A DNA stretch of 62,878 nt, filler included, from Globobulimina sp. (taxonomy: Eukaryota): the NCBI GenBank assembly GCA_003354225.1. It is 55 parts of 55 records of this genome, joined end to end, with 100 filler letters (N's around TTAATTAATTAA, not from the genome) between each part and the next. Parts side by side here need not be neighbours in the genome. Positions count along the whole stretch, not along the records: positions 50,395 to 51,438 come from PIVH01024973.1; positions 51,539 to 52,582 come from PIVH01024974.1; positions 52,683 to 53,726 come from PIVH01024975.1; positions 53,827 to 54,870 come from PIVH01024976.1; positions 54,971 to 56,014 come from PIVH01024977.1; positions 56,115 to 57,158 come from PIVH01024978.1; positions 57,259 to 58,302 come from PIVH01024979.1; positions 58,403 to 59,446 come from PIVH01024980.1; 47 more parts are not named here. One strand, given 5' to 3'. Below, piece after piece: positions 50,785-62,685 of this stretch. The number at the start of each line of letters is the position of its first letter. Position 1 is the first letter of the stretch. Below the pieces are notes generated by a model, which saw only the letters and a program-made list of their open reading frames with translations, did not search any database and was not told the DNA's origin. The position numbers and the translations under genes are program-made.

Positions 50785-51438
50785 TCAAATGGCAGAAGTA
50801 AGGCAAGAGTGTGGCCTCCACTCGGGCAAATTAACAGCCTGTCTAGTTCTTTCTATCCAAAACTGTTCTTTGGTATCCAATATTGTCTTTTGGCCTCTGT
50901 CCAGCACGTTGACCTTATCAAAGTCTACAGAATGGCCCTTTGTAGAGGTGTGTTTGTATAGAGGATGTTTACAATCTTTCTTTATCTCAATGGCTCTCTT
51001 GTGTTCTTTAATTCTGTAATTAATATGCCGCGATGTTCTTCCAACATAGGAAGCCCCACAGTCAGCACAAGGAATTTGATATATAACATCTTTAGGGTCA
51101 ATTTTTGGACTGTTCTTGTAAAGGGAATGACTCATTGTAACACCTTTGCGTGTAAAAGTTTTTACTCCAAATCTGGCTAGAAAACGACTTATTTTGGTGG
51201 TTAACTTCCCATAATATGGCAATGACACAAAATTGTCAGGCATTTTCAATGGTTGTTTGGCAGGCATAATAGGATTAAGTTTTGGTGCAATCAATTTTCT
51301 TGGATAACCACAATTTGTGAATTGCGAAAGTAAAGGTTTTTTATCTTCAATAAGACTATTATGAGTAGAGCAAACTTGATGGCTTCGGCGAGCAAGACTT
51401 CCAATGGCGACAGTTTTTTGATGTGTAGGTTGAAATGA
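50785..51438 (-). mobile_element. Penelope-like retroelement, RT thumb + GIY-YIG endonuclease
   Basis: SLARRSHQVCS..GYP; SLPYY; VIYQIPCADCGASYVGRTSR..RIKEH. Confidence 0.88.
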
Positions 51439-51538
51439 NNNNNNNNNNNNNNNNNNNNNNNNNNNNNNNNNNNNNNNNNNNNTTAATTAATTAANNNNNN
51501 NNNNNNNNNNNNNNNNNNNNNNNNNNNNNNNNNNNNNN

Positions 51539-52465
51539 AAGAGAGTGAATGCGATTAGGCAGCGATGCAAAAAGGGAAAGATTTCGCAGAAACAAGCGGA
51601 GATTGAGATAAATAAAATTGTTGCCATTAAATGTATTAAATGCGGACATTATGGTCATTATGGCAGTGAATGTAAATGTGATGAACCAAATTGTTTATGC
51701 TGTCATCGATCGCGGCACATTCGGACTTTAAACATTGCAGTGTGCCCGGACTCATTTAATTTGGTAAAATTGTTTGAAAATCTAGATAATGTCAATATGA
51801 ATTGGAAGAATATCAATTTTGATAATGTGGACCATTATAAATTGATACAGTGTACAGTTTCGAGTGAAATGAAGTTATCGGAGTTATATAAAATCATTGA
51901 TACCAATTCCAACAATCAAACAATTTTGAATACAAATAATCAAAATGAAGAGGAAAAACAGAAGAATTACAGTGCGGCGGCCCAACCACAGCGACAAAAT
52001 AATGATATTGCCAATAATAATAACAATAACTCCGAACCCCTACGATCTGACATATTATTACCAAATGAATTACTGTCAACGGGGGAGATGCAAATATTGA
52101 GCCATGGACTATTGGAGGAGGATTTTGATAATACTCCCACTCCATCGCAACGAATCGAATTTGATGAGAATAAAGATATTGAATTAATTCCGTCCAAAAT
52201 AGCCACCCAATCGCAGCCAGAAACGAGCCAGGAAACCAACCCAAATGCTACCAATCCATACATCGATAATGAACTATTGGCGTCGATAAATAACCAATCA
52301 TTATTTCCAAACTTCGCGCAATTATCCACCAGCAGTCCTGCTCCAACATATTCTTTTGATGTAGACGAAGATGACAATATGAGAAGCAACAAAAACAAGA
52401 GACGCAAACCTCAGCCAAAACAGAAATTGCATTTGGTAGAGGTTACACCCAAATTACCGAAATAA
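51539..52465 (+). CDS. CCHC zinc-knuckle (gag/ORF1-like) protein fragment
   Basis: CIKCGHYGHYGSEC followed by CLCC..H..C. Confidence 0.6.
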   Translation, partial: KRVNAIRQRCKKGKISQKQAEIEINKIVAIKCIKCGHYGHYGSECKCDEPNCLCCHRSRHIRTLNIAVCPDSFNLVKLFENLDNVNMNWKNINFDNVDHYKLIQCTVSSEMKLSELYKIIDTNSNNQTILNTNNQNEEEKQKNYSAAAQPQRQNNDIANNNNNNSEPLRSDILLPNELLSTGEMQILSHGLLEEDFDNTPTPSQRIEFDENKDIELIPSKIATQSQPETSQETNPNATNPYIDNELLASINNQSLFPNFAQLSTSSPAPTYSFDVDEDDNMRSNKNKRRKPQPKQKLHLVEVTPKLPK

Positions 52466-52810
52466 CAAAAAGTATACCATATTAGAGATAAATTGATATT
52501 AAGAAATGAAGATGAAATGATTGCAATATTTCAAGACGTAGTGACTGCACCAAATGTGCCTCCAGATTGGGACAGCACAGCTNNNNNNNNNNNNNNNNNN
52601 NNNNNNNNNNNNNNNNNNNNNNNNNNTTAATTAATTAANNNNNNNNNNNNNNNNNNNNNNNNNNNNNNNNNNNNNNNNNNNNATCGAATGTATATCGTAA
52701 CTCTGTCTCGATATATTTCAATCTGGGCGTGTTTTTTATTATTTTTTGACACGCCGCAACGATAATTTTCTCCCGCTCCTGTTCTGGTTTATCACTGTAA
52801 ACACATCACA

Positions 52811-53347
52811 TCACATCACAGCACACAACAATACAATAAGAGTTCTGTGAAAAGCATAGATAACAAACCCATCGGCGAGCAAATCCTCAGAGTTGTCTTT
52901 GGTTTCTTCGTTTTTAGATTTGTGCTCTTGTAATGCTTTGATATTATCATTCATTTTATCTCTCCTTTTTTCAAAGGCGTCGGTCAATTCCCTCTCTAAT
53001 TCGTCCTGGCGATCATCCAATTTGCACCGCAATATTTTGATCATGGCGGTGATTTCTTGCATGGCGGTGGTTTTTAATTTATTTAAGGCCAACACGTCGT
53101 ATCTGAATTTATTTGAATGCCTCTCGTTTTCTTTTTTGTTTTGATCGATAATCCGTAACCAATTTCTTTCGGCGTCGGTTGGATATACAATGGGACGACG
53201 TTGTTTGGGCGATCCGATGGTCGAAATTGGACCATACTTATGCGGATTGCATGAATCATGGCCGCCGACTGTGGTGCCACTTTGTGTTATTTTAGCTCCA
53301 CAGGAAGAGCATTCCAACATAAACACTTGTCCTCCAGGGGATGACAT
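52811..53347 (-). CDS. Zn-binding/coiled-coil protein, 5' exon
   Basis: CSSC..HDSC followed by a BBC-like coiled coil. Confidence 0.45.
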   Translation of the reverse strand: MSSPGGQVFMLECSSCGAKITQSGTTVGGHDSCNPHKYGPISTIGSPKQRRPIVYPTDAERNWLRIIDQNKKENERHSNKFRYDVLALNKLKTTAMQEITAMIKILRCKLDDRQDELERELTDAFEKRRDKMNDNIKALQEHKSKNEETKDNSEDLLADGFVIYAFHRTLIVLLCAVM

Positions 53348-53826
53348 GATGACTTTGTCAGGTTTGCAAAAAGAGGATGTTTTTGGAGTTTGAAAAAACT
53401 ACGAAAGAGCCTGACTTAATCTTAATTAATATCAGACAGTGCAAGGATAGATTTAAAAATAAATGGCCGCCCTCTGTTATTAATATTCAATAAAGAAAAA
53501 AATAATTCAATTTAATTAAATTCCACAATTCCAATAAATAAATAATTAGAAAAAGAAATATGGAAAAATAAAAATATACTAATCTCACACATAAATATTA
53601 AAAGTATTTAAAACATTATTTCCAGGCAATCCCAGCCACTGCATCTTTGTTTCCTTTTTGTGTATAACATATATACACAGAGCCACATACAACATTCAAT
53701 ACAAATATTGAAGCAAATACCATCCANNNNNNNNNNNNNNNNNNNNNNNNNNNNNNNNNNNNNNNNNNNNTTAATTAATTAANNNNNNNNNNNNNNNNNN
53801 NNNNNNNNNNNNNNNNNNNNNNNNNN

Positions 53827-54870
53827 ACATTTGGAAACTGGCAAGTAACATTTAAATATTTTCTCGTTGCATCTATTTGTAATTGTAAATATATTTCATT
53901 CTCAATCATAATATCACTCATTTTATCACATATTGCCATCATATTATTATCCGAATTCATATCATTATCACCATTCCAATCGATTAGATTTAACTTAATA
54001 TTTTCTAAAATTGTGTTTTTCGTTAATAATATCTGTAAAACCTTTAATTTATATTTATTGTCACCATAAATTTCTATTGCTTTTAAATTACAGCGATTGT
54101 TAGCAATGGCATCTAATAAATGGAGATAATATTTTATATCAGGAATATGAGCCATATTCCATCCAATGTCTAAACTTTGAATGCCAACATGATTACAAAT
54201 GATATTTCCTAATTTTGATAAACATTTTCCATTATTATTGAATAACATCCTTTGTATTCGCAAATCTGTCAAACATTTATTTTTCTCAACTGCATCAAAT
54301 ACATAATTCAATATAAACTCATTAATTCCAGCATATCGCAACCATAATCTCTTGACATTATTATTAATTATGATGCTTTTTAAATATTCACCAAATATTT
54401 TCTGTATTTTATGATTACATTTATTTAAAAAACCCCAGCAAGTTAATTTTAAGCTGTTTATTGATTTTGTATTTTTATTACATGACAGATATTTCAATAA
54501 TTCATTGAATATAAATCCGTGATGATCCATTTGAGTGTATAATGACGATTGAGTTTTAACGACCAATTCAATGTCATTTAAATAAAAAGAATTGGATAAA
54601 AAGTTACAAATATTGTTCCAATAATTCTGCTTCGTGTTTTCATTCAAATTTTTTATACTTTGTTCCGATAAAGCTATAAATGCATAGTTTGAATATACAG
54701 AAACATCAAAGTTTAAATATAAAATAGAATCATACCAAGAATGAAAGCAAGTGACTGCTTTTTTGGATTAAATTGCATGAATTTATGAAATAATTTGTCA
54801 TTCATAATTTGTAATAATTGGCAATCAACACAATTATAAATATTTGATATGATATTAATGTATAAATGGA
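53827..54870 (-). CDS. RNI-like leucine-rich repeat protein fragment
   Basis: VKRLWLRYAGI, LTDLRI, IQSLDIGWN. Confidence 0.65.
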
Positions 54871-54970
54871 NNNNNNNNNNNNNNNNNNNNNNNNNNNNNN
54901 NNNNNNNNNNNNNNTTAATTAATTAANNNNNNNNNNNNNNNNNNNNNNNNNNNNNNNNNNNNNNNNNNNN

Positions 54971-55403
54971 AAATTTTTTTTTGTATTTTTCCAATTTTTT
55001 GTAATATTTGGGGATTTTTAAACTGCTGAATGATTTTAAATGTGAATGTATTAAATTTCAATAATTTATTTGTATTAAACCAATCTGGATATCCAATTCC
55101 CATCTTGTTACTGTCAAACGTATATTTATTACTATGCATTTCATCTCCTTCAACAAATTCCATTTTATATCTAACTGCAAGTTTACTAAGATGTGATGGA
55201 AGCAGTGCTAACCAAAGAACTAATCTTGCTCTTCCTTTATATCTCTCCCTGTAACCATTGGGATAAACATACAAATACCATTTTAATTTATGCATTTTGA
55301 ATATATCTGACTCAAACGGTATCGAATTCTTTGCTGATTTCATTTTTTGGATTAGCTCACTATCTGTAATTTTCCATACATACGTATCTCGTGGAATGGC
55401 CAT
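54971..55403 (-). CDS. MATH-domain protein fragment
   Basis: YVWKIT..FESDIF..KWYLYVYPNG..GYPDW. Confidence 0.8.
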
Positions 55404-55524
55404 CTGTGAAGCACACAAAAATTTAACACAAAAATGTACCAAGAGAGAGTTTAAAAATACTCTGACTCGATAAACAAAAAACAATTCCACATTAACATGG
55501 GATACAATATAAATTCAAAGCAAA

Positions 55525-56014
55525 TCATGTCACTTCATCATCAGTACTCTCGATCTTATCTTTTCTTGTCTCATATCCATAATCAATGTCTTCTTTTTCA
55601 TCCTCATCCATTCCTTCATCATCATCCTCATCCGGTATAATTACTGTTATTTTATCATTATCTGATTTCTCATACATATCGTCAGAATTACCACTATCAT
55701 CTTCAGATACAATTTCTTTCTTATTTAACTCATCCAATTTGTACGGATCTAAGCTTTCCATTTTTAGTACATCCGCTAACATTCCATCCAATAAAATATC
55801 ATCTTTCTCCTCTTCATCCTCCTCCTCTTCCTCATCGCCATTTGCTTTCAGAACTTGTAAATGCACTGCACTTTCAAACTTAGTCTCTTCTGTGTACCCT
55901 TCAACATGCTGCAAATACTCGCTTTCCTCTTTCTGTGATTCATCCGTATTTAAAGATGAATCATCGTCAGAGCCCTCTTCATCTGCGCCATGATTTGCTA
56001 TTCCAGGAACGTCC
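55525..56014 (-). CDS. Acidic low-complexity C-terminus of an unknown protein
   Basis: D/E-rich ORF. Confidence 0.45.
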
Positions 56015-56114
56015 NNNNNNNNNNNNNNNNNNNNNNNNNNNNNNNNNNNNNNNNNNNNTTAATTAATTAANNNNNNNNNNNNNNNNNNNNNNNNNNNNNN
56101 NNNNNNNNNNNNNN

Positions 56115-57009
56115 TTAAATAGTTTTGCAAACCTTTTTTTCATTGCTACCACTTGTTGTTTAGCAATATGAAAATCTGCTATTTTTCCAGTTAAATACAA
56201 TGATCTTCTAAGTGCTGTACGTTTTTTATTTGCAAATTCCAATGCAATGACCTCTCCTCTGCGCAATAATGCATCTGCAGCACATATCTCATCAACAATT
56301 CCGCTTCGTTTTGCTTGTTTCGCAGTGAATTGTCTGCCAGTCAATATAGCGAATATGCCCTCATTTAAACCTATCAACCTCGGCAAGCGTTGGGTGCCAC
56401 CAAAACCTGGTATTAATCCTAACGTTGCTTCCACCAAACCAATGGAGGCTGTTGTTGACATTATGCGATAATGGCAAGCCATGGCAAGTTCACAGCCACC
56501 ACCCAGTGCATAGCCATTAATGCAAGCGATAAATGGCTTATTTCCATCTTCAATGTTATTTAACATTGGATGCGCCGCTGCGACCAATGCATCATTTGAT
56601 TTTGAGTACGCTGATTTTTGCAATACATTAATGTCTGCGCCACCACAAAAGAATCGTTTTTGTCCGGTTATTATTACTGCTTTGATATCTGGGTCGTTTT
56701 GGAACTTTTTTTTACATAATATATGTATTAGTTGTTGGAAGATGAATATTCTAAACTTTTCTGGCTGTCACATCAATTGCGTCGATGACAGGAAGTGGTA
56801 AGGAATTAGCTGGCGGATTATTTAATATTATAACACCAACACCTGATGACAGTATATTTGTTACTACCAATTCTTTTGATTTTGATGCAGTCTGTATATG
56901 GTGATATTGTTTAGAATGGTGTATGTTTCGATGGTTGATGAGCACATTTAACTGGATTTATCTGTAAATGCGAAATTAATTTTTGCAATCTCTTTTGTGA
57001 TGTTGCCAT
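56115..57009 (-). CDS. Peroxisomal multifunctional beta-oxidation enzyme (enoyl-CoA hydratase domain), 5' part, two introns, N-terminal PTS2
   Basis: LNNPPANSL, FCGGADI, ACINGYALGGGCELAMACHYR, LGLIPGFGGTQRLPRLIG; starts MATSQKRLQKLISHL. Confidence 0.85.
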
Positions 57010-57291
57010 GATACTGTTATATTAACATTAATTATTAAAAAGTTTAGTACACGCGGCCAGCACAAATGAGCGCTTGTACCAAGAATCTCAAACTACCAGC
57101 AAGGCAATTCAAAATAGGAAACGGATGTAAATATAATTCATTATCAGGTTCATGTGTANNNNNNNNNNNNNNNNNNNNNNNNNNNNNNNNNNNNNNNNNN
57201 NNTTAATTAATTAANNNNNNNNNNNNNNNNNNNNNNNNNNNNNNNNNNNNNNNNNNNNCAATTATTTAATGAATATATTAAAATTGATCGT

Positions 57292-58302
57292 TTGGTAAAG
57301 AAGAGAGCCAAAAATGTATTCAATTTCTCACCGGAGATATTCTGGAAACATTGGCATAAAAATAGGTTGCTGATAAACCATAACAATATAGATCGCAAAG
57401 AAAGCAGTCATTGTATCATAGTTAGCAGACAACCATTGGATGCGAGTCATAATTTGTATGATTTAGGCATTTTAAACAGATCAGACAGCGCAGATTCGCG
57501 TAATTCGAGTTACAACGAAGAAGAAAAACAGTTTGAATTGGCGCAAAATAACGTGTCAAATGACGAGAAGAAAGAGACATTGCGAACCAATGTAGTTTCG
57601 GCAAATGCAGAGCGCAAAAATGACACTGCAGAGAACTTAGAACAGCGTCAAAATAGTACTACGAATACATTAGAATGCACAGCGAATTTAAATCGTAGTC
57701 ATGCATCGTTACAAACGCTGAGTACGCTGCGCATTAAAGAGGACTTAGCAGATACTGAGAAAGAAAAAAGTGCGAGGTTTCGACTGCAAGAATTGTTTCA
57801 AGCAAATAGAGTTCGAAGAGTGTGGAAGAAGGGATATCGTAAACCTTATTTACGCCGCAAAAGCAGACGAATAAAGGCAAAAAATAAGGTTTTGGGTAAA
57901 CGAAAGTGTGCGAAATTGCGGTTAAAATGCAAATTGATTTTAGAAAAAGAGGCATTGGCTATAGCGCCAAAGCAAAAATTACCAGAAATTGACAGCAATA
58001 TCTCATTACATCCGGGCTTCGAACAATTAGTGGAAACTACGTAGTTAATCCACGATTTTTCGACTTCAACAATATGTTTACCGGCTTATTTAATCTGAAA
58101 AATAGCGTCAGAAGTTGGTATAATTCAATTTTTAATAATTCGGACTTTGAGAGAAAAGAAGAAAAAGACGCCGAGAATTGGAGCGATTGGAAGCCATATT
58201 TGGTAAACAACAAAGAGAGAAAATATTTGTGTAAAGCATCAGGTAATGTTAATTTAGAGGCATTTTTGAAAACGTTTGAGTTGGCATTGTATGAAGAATG
58301 CC
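57292..58302 (+). mobile_element. Possible N-terminal region of a Penelope-like element ORF, frameshifted near 58030
   Basis: Basic segment, then in the shifted frame GNYVVNP..F..SVRSW..F..WKP..LEAFL. Confidence 0.3.
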
Positions 58303-59732
58303 NNNNNNNNNNNNNNNNNNNNNNNNNNNNNNNNNNNNNNNNNNNNTTAATTAATTAANNNNNNNNNNNNNNNNNNNNNNNNNNNNNNNNNNNNNNNNNN
58401 NNGCGTTTCCGCAATTCAAAAACCTGTTCCATAAACTAACTACATATCACGTTGACATTTCCGCAATGATTGTTCCATAAAACATAGCAAAAACTCCACA
58501 ATTCTGTTCCGCAAAAAATGTTCCATCATCATTACAATCTAGCATGATGTCAACATCATCCACCATCATCCACCATTGCCATATGACTCCACCATATGAA
58601 TTTCATCACAAATTGGCTGGTACTATTCAAATAAATATATAAATAATATGTAATGCGCCCAAAGGCCTACACCATCTCATTGAATTCACTATTATGTATC
58701 AGTGGAATTAATCATCAATGGAATTTACCTCCTCACAAAATTGGGAAAAAAAGATAAAAAACTATTATAATTATGATTATGGAATTTACTTAAGAATTGG
58801 CAGTATTCATAAATAAATGCCCGTTATTCTGGCTGGATACAAACTGCTCTGAATATATATATTCCTGAAACACTCTGTTGACGAGTTCTAGAAAAGTGCA
58901 AACTATAATGGGAAATGTTTATCCACATTATCAAAATATAACTGTTAATCTCATTTTCTTCACCACTTACAGTTATTCAACACAGTGATAACTATTCATC
59001 AACAAATGAGTCAAAAAAAGTTCCTTTAAACTTCTTCATATTTTTACATAAAGTACTTCAATAACATACATGCAAGGAATTAGCAATATGAATTTGCCTG
59101 CTTATTTTTTGAGTTAGAACTTACTTTCAGTTTTTTATTTTTATCTTTGCACCCCACTAGGTTTAAGGGTCTTGTACCCCACTAGGTTTATTGTTTGTCT
59201 GGATGGGATTTATCAGGATTTATATCATCAATACAGTGAATTGAGTGAAATATATAACAAATAATAAAGCAATTGCAATGGATTTAGATATGGATGATAT
59301 TAAATCAGGAAATAATAATAATATATCAATAATATGGTTGAAGACACGGAAGAAAGTGGTGATGATGAAAAATCGATAGAAAGTGAGAAAGGGGGAAAAT
59401 GCAAAGAGTTTCTATACTAGCAACACAAATCTATAGCAAACAGTTTNNNNNNNNNNNNNNNNNNNNNNNNNNNNNNNNNNNNNNNNNNNNTTAATTAATT
59501 AANNNNNNNNNNNNNNNNNNNNNNNNNNNNNNNNNNNNNNNNNNNNCCGAATCGGACTTATATTCAAGAAATGAAGATAAGCAGAGTATAAAAATCATAT
59601 ACCACCCGAAACCAATCGTTCCTCAATTATGAGAATTAAGAATAAATCAAAATTAATTATTAATTGGAAAAATCTAAAAATGAAAGTTTAATTCTAATTC
59701 AACGGGACAAATATCAAAAATGGAAGGATGAA

Positions 59733-60590
59733 TTATGAATCCCATGAAAATTTTGATCTTTTCTTCGTTTTTATTTTATAAGCAGACCACTCATTCAGTC
59801 TTTTTTTCGCTTTCTTCCGATTTTCTTTGTTATCGGCCTCTTTTAATTTCATCTTAGCAATGCGTCCTTTAATTGTCTTTTCAAAATACTGAGACCGAAA
59901 CATTTTAACATCTTTCAATCCCAAATCAGACGCAATCATTTGGTGTAAATGGTGAGGTTCCCATTTCTTTTCATATTTTAACATCGTCTTCAAACTATCC
60001 CAACCAGCAATATGCATTCGATTTGATTGAGATACACCTCTTAATTGTGCATCAAAATTGCCTCCACCTCTAAAACCATGAGTGGATTGAAGACGAGGGT
60101 CAGATCCTGCTTTTCTGCAGCACCATTTGATTTTATTATTCATCTGATTATATTCTAAAACAGATTTATTTTTAAATTGAAATAAAATCTCTTCATCTTT
60201 CCAGATATTTCTACGCCAATTATATAATTTAATAAATTCACATAAACAGCAAATTTGTTTAAATTGGCATAAATGAAACAAAGGCGCAGATTGTAAACGA
60301 CCATATTTATTTCTTTTCGAAAAATTAAAAACGAAAATCGCACTTTGATCATTCTTATTCGGAATCGAGGAGCCATTCTGGCAAATAATATTACCAACTT
60401 TTAAACCCGATAAATTTTTGCGAATCACTTCATCGCTTCGTCGTAAAGTATTGTGAGCCAAAGAGAATGCCGTACGAAATATTTGATTATCATAAACACG
60501 ATCATCCAAAATATCTCTTTCGAACCATCTTGCAATCGTTTCATTCGTAATGATTCTAGAACCAGAACCTGGCGGCTTTTCCAATTTCCT
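59733..60590 (-). mobile_element. Tyrosine recombinase, DIRS/Ngaro retrotransposon type
   Basis: LRRSDEV (catalytic R), SKRN, STHGFRGGG (HxxR), AGWDS..MLKY. Confidence 0.8.
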
Positions 60591-61252
60591 NNNNNNNNNN
60601 NNNNNNNNNNNNNNNNNNNNNNNNNNNNNNNNNNTTAATTAATTAANNNNNNNNNNNNNNNNNNNNNNNNNNNNNNNNNNNNNNNNNNNNTTTTCATTTA
60701 GCAATTAGACAGACACTGCAAGAACTTTGTTTTGACGGTAGTAAGAATGAATACAATAAATTATTGACTTTTTAAATGGCAATCACTGAACCCATAAACA
60801 AAATATTGTGCAAAAAACAGTGTTTATATACAAGCACAATGTTGTATTGTTATCATAAATAATAAGTTAAAAACGCAAACTATGTTGTTCCGTATCCCAG
60901 GTCGAGAGAGCCACATTTTGCAACGAAATTCTTTCTCACAAAATAGACTCGGTATACAATAAAAAATCACGATTCATGTACGAGGTTAATTTATGGAATT
61001 TGCCATTTAAAAAAGTCAATTTCCAATTTTCCATAAATAAAACTGTACAAAAACAGTTGTTTTCGGACCTATTGCGTTCTTTAAATTCAATTAATGGTTA
61101 ATAATAGCGTTGGTTTGGAATTGTAAACTAAAAAAATATTGATATAAAAGTGCATTCTTTCTGAAATAATGACAACATTTCAATACAATGAACAAGACAA
61201 CATTTCAAAGGCCGCGACCAATCGTAGTCGACCTTAAAACAAATGGAGTGCT

Positions 61253-61528
61253 TTAGCCATTAATCAATATACATATCTTTACCATATCATTATATATCAC
61301 ATTACCACAAACCAGCACTTCTCTGCAAGTTTCACGCAAAAACGTTTCCCACTCTTTTGTGTGATTACGATTGGTTGTAATTGATGTTAATCTCATTTCA
61401 TTCTCAAATTCTAATTGATTTGGCGATGTAATCCCTGAATTGAAAATGATGAGATTTTGTAATGTTTTGGGTATGTTTACAAGTTTTGTTACATATTTAC
61501 ATCCTTTCATATCAAAGCCCTCTGCCAT
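61253..61528 (-). CDS. Small hypothetical or LRR-like ORF
   Basis: IPKTLQNLII motif only. Confidence 0.25.
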   Translation of the reverse strand: MAEGFDMKGCKYVTKLVNIPKTLQNLIIFNSGITSPNQLEFENEMRLTSITTNRNHTKEWETFLRETCREVLVCGNVIYNDMVKICILING

Positions 61529-61834
61529 TGTAAGAGTAGCATTGCATGCCTTGAAATCAATGGAAGAAATGCATTTAAGTCAGAGGTTGAGAAGTTGAGA
61601 GGTTCAGATGTTTTAAGTGTGTTGCTTGCCTTACAAACATAATTAGTATCCAATCGCTTGTGACTGGATCTTCTTATCTTTGTAAATAAAAATACTTTTC
61701 AAACTAACTTAAAAAACTTCTCTTAAGTCTGTGTNNNNNNNNNNNNNNNNNNNNNNNNNNNNNNNNNNNNNNNNNNNNTTAATTAATTAANNNNNNNNNN
61801 NNNNNNNNNNNNNNNNNNNNNNNNNNNNNNNNNN

Positions 61835-62685
61835 TGTGGAGGGCGATAGACAGAACTCAATAACATAGTTCCGGTAGTTGTCTTCATTTGAATAGTGATC
61901 AGCTCTATGTCAGGTGTATTTTTGAGCTGAGTTGGGAGGTAATCATTTTTACAATAGATCGCAACACCACCTCCATTTTCATTTCTGTCACGCCTGAACA
62001 AAGAATAGCCAGGGATTTCAAAGTTATCAGCAATACTTTCGCCCAACTTCGTTTCCTGAATACAGAATGCCCCATAGTCATAGGCCAAAATTCTTGCATA
62101 AACTTCAAGGAATTTCCCTCTTAATGAGTTGACATTTGCCGATCCAATAAGTATTTTGCCATCTGGTGGGAGTTTGGGATCGAATGAATCTGATATATTA
62201 AGTGTAGCATTTTGCTCAAAAGACAAATCAAATCCAGATAGTAAATTTGGAATGAATCGAATTGCATCAAAACAATCGTCTGAGCAGTAATATGGACGTT
62301 TCCCATTTCTTGTCATGATAACGTCAGGCCCTCTAAGTCCGGAGCACGTAGAATGGACTTTATTAGCACAAATTGAGCATGTAACAGGCTTTGCACGACC
62401 ATCAAATCGATTATGACAGACGTCGCACATAGCAGGAATAGGGCCAGGATTTGGCGACACGTCACCAGCTAAGAATAACAGTAAATTTGATGAAATTGTG
62501 ACGTTTGATGGGCATGGAATCCGTCGCTTATTAATTTGACAATGAAAAGTTGGATCGTAGGGCGGTAAATTCAAATCAGGGCAAATGGCCTCGTTTGTTG
62601 ACATAAGAGGCACAGACGACTTTGTGTTCATAAAGAAGTATATAGCAAGGGTGAGAACAAAGGAAGATAGAAACCGGTTCTTCAT
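61835..62685 (-). mobile_element. Non-LTR retrotransposon (CR1/L2-like) ORF: 2A-like peptide, PHD finger, APE endonuclease
   Basis: LAGDVSPNPGP; CDVC..CSIC..VHSTC..YYC; ANVNSLRGK, CIQETKL, GYSLFRRDR..GGGVAIY, SVYRPP. Confidence 0.9.

Noticed and set aside
50395..52582. GIY-YIG plus zinc-knuckle ORFs as one retroelement
   Set aside because: Separate contigs; adjacency comes only from length sorting
58403..59446. TTCC(G/A) motifs, a duplicated ACCCCACTAGGTTTA and short coding-like relics
   Set aside because: Too short and degenerate to assign
1047..61834. Regularly spaced TTAATTAATTAA palindromes as a biological repeat or array
   Set aside because: Always embedded in 44-N padding; an artificial concatenation linker
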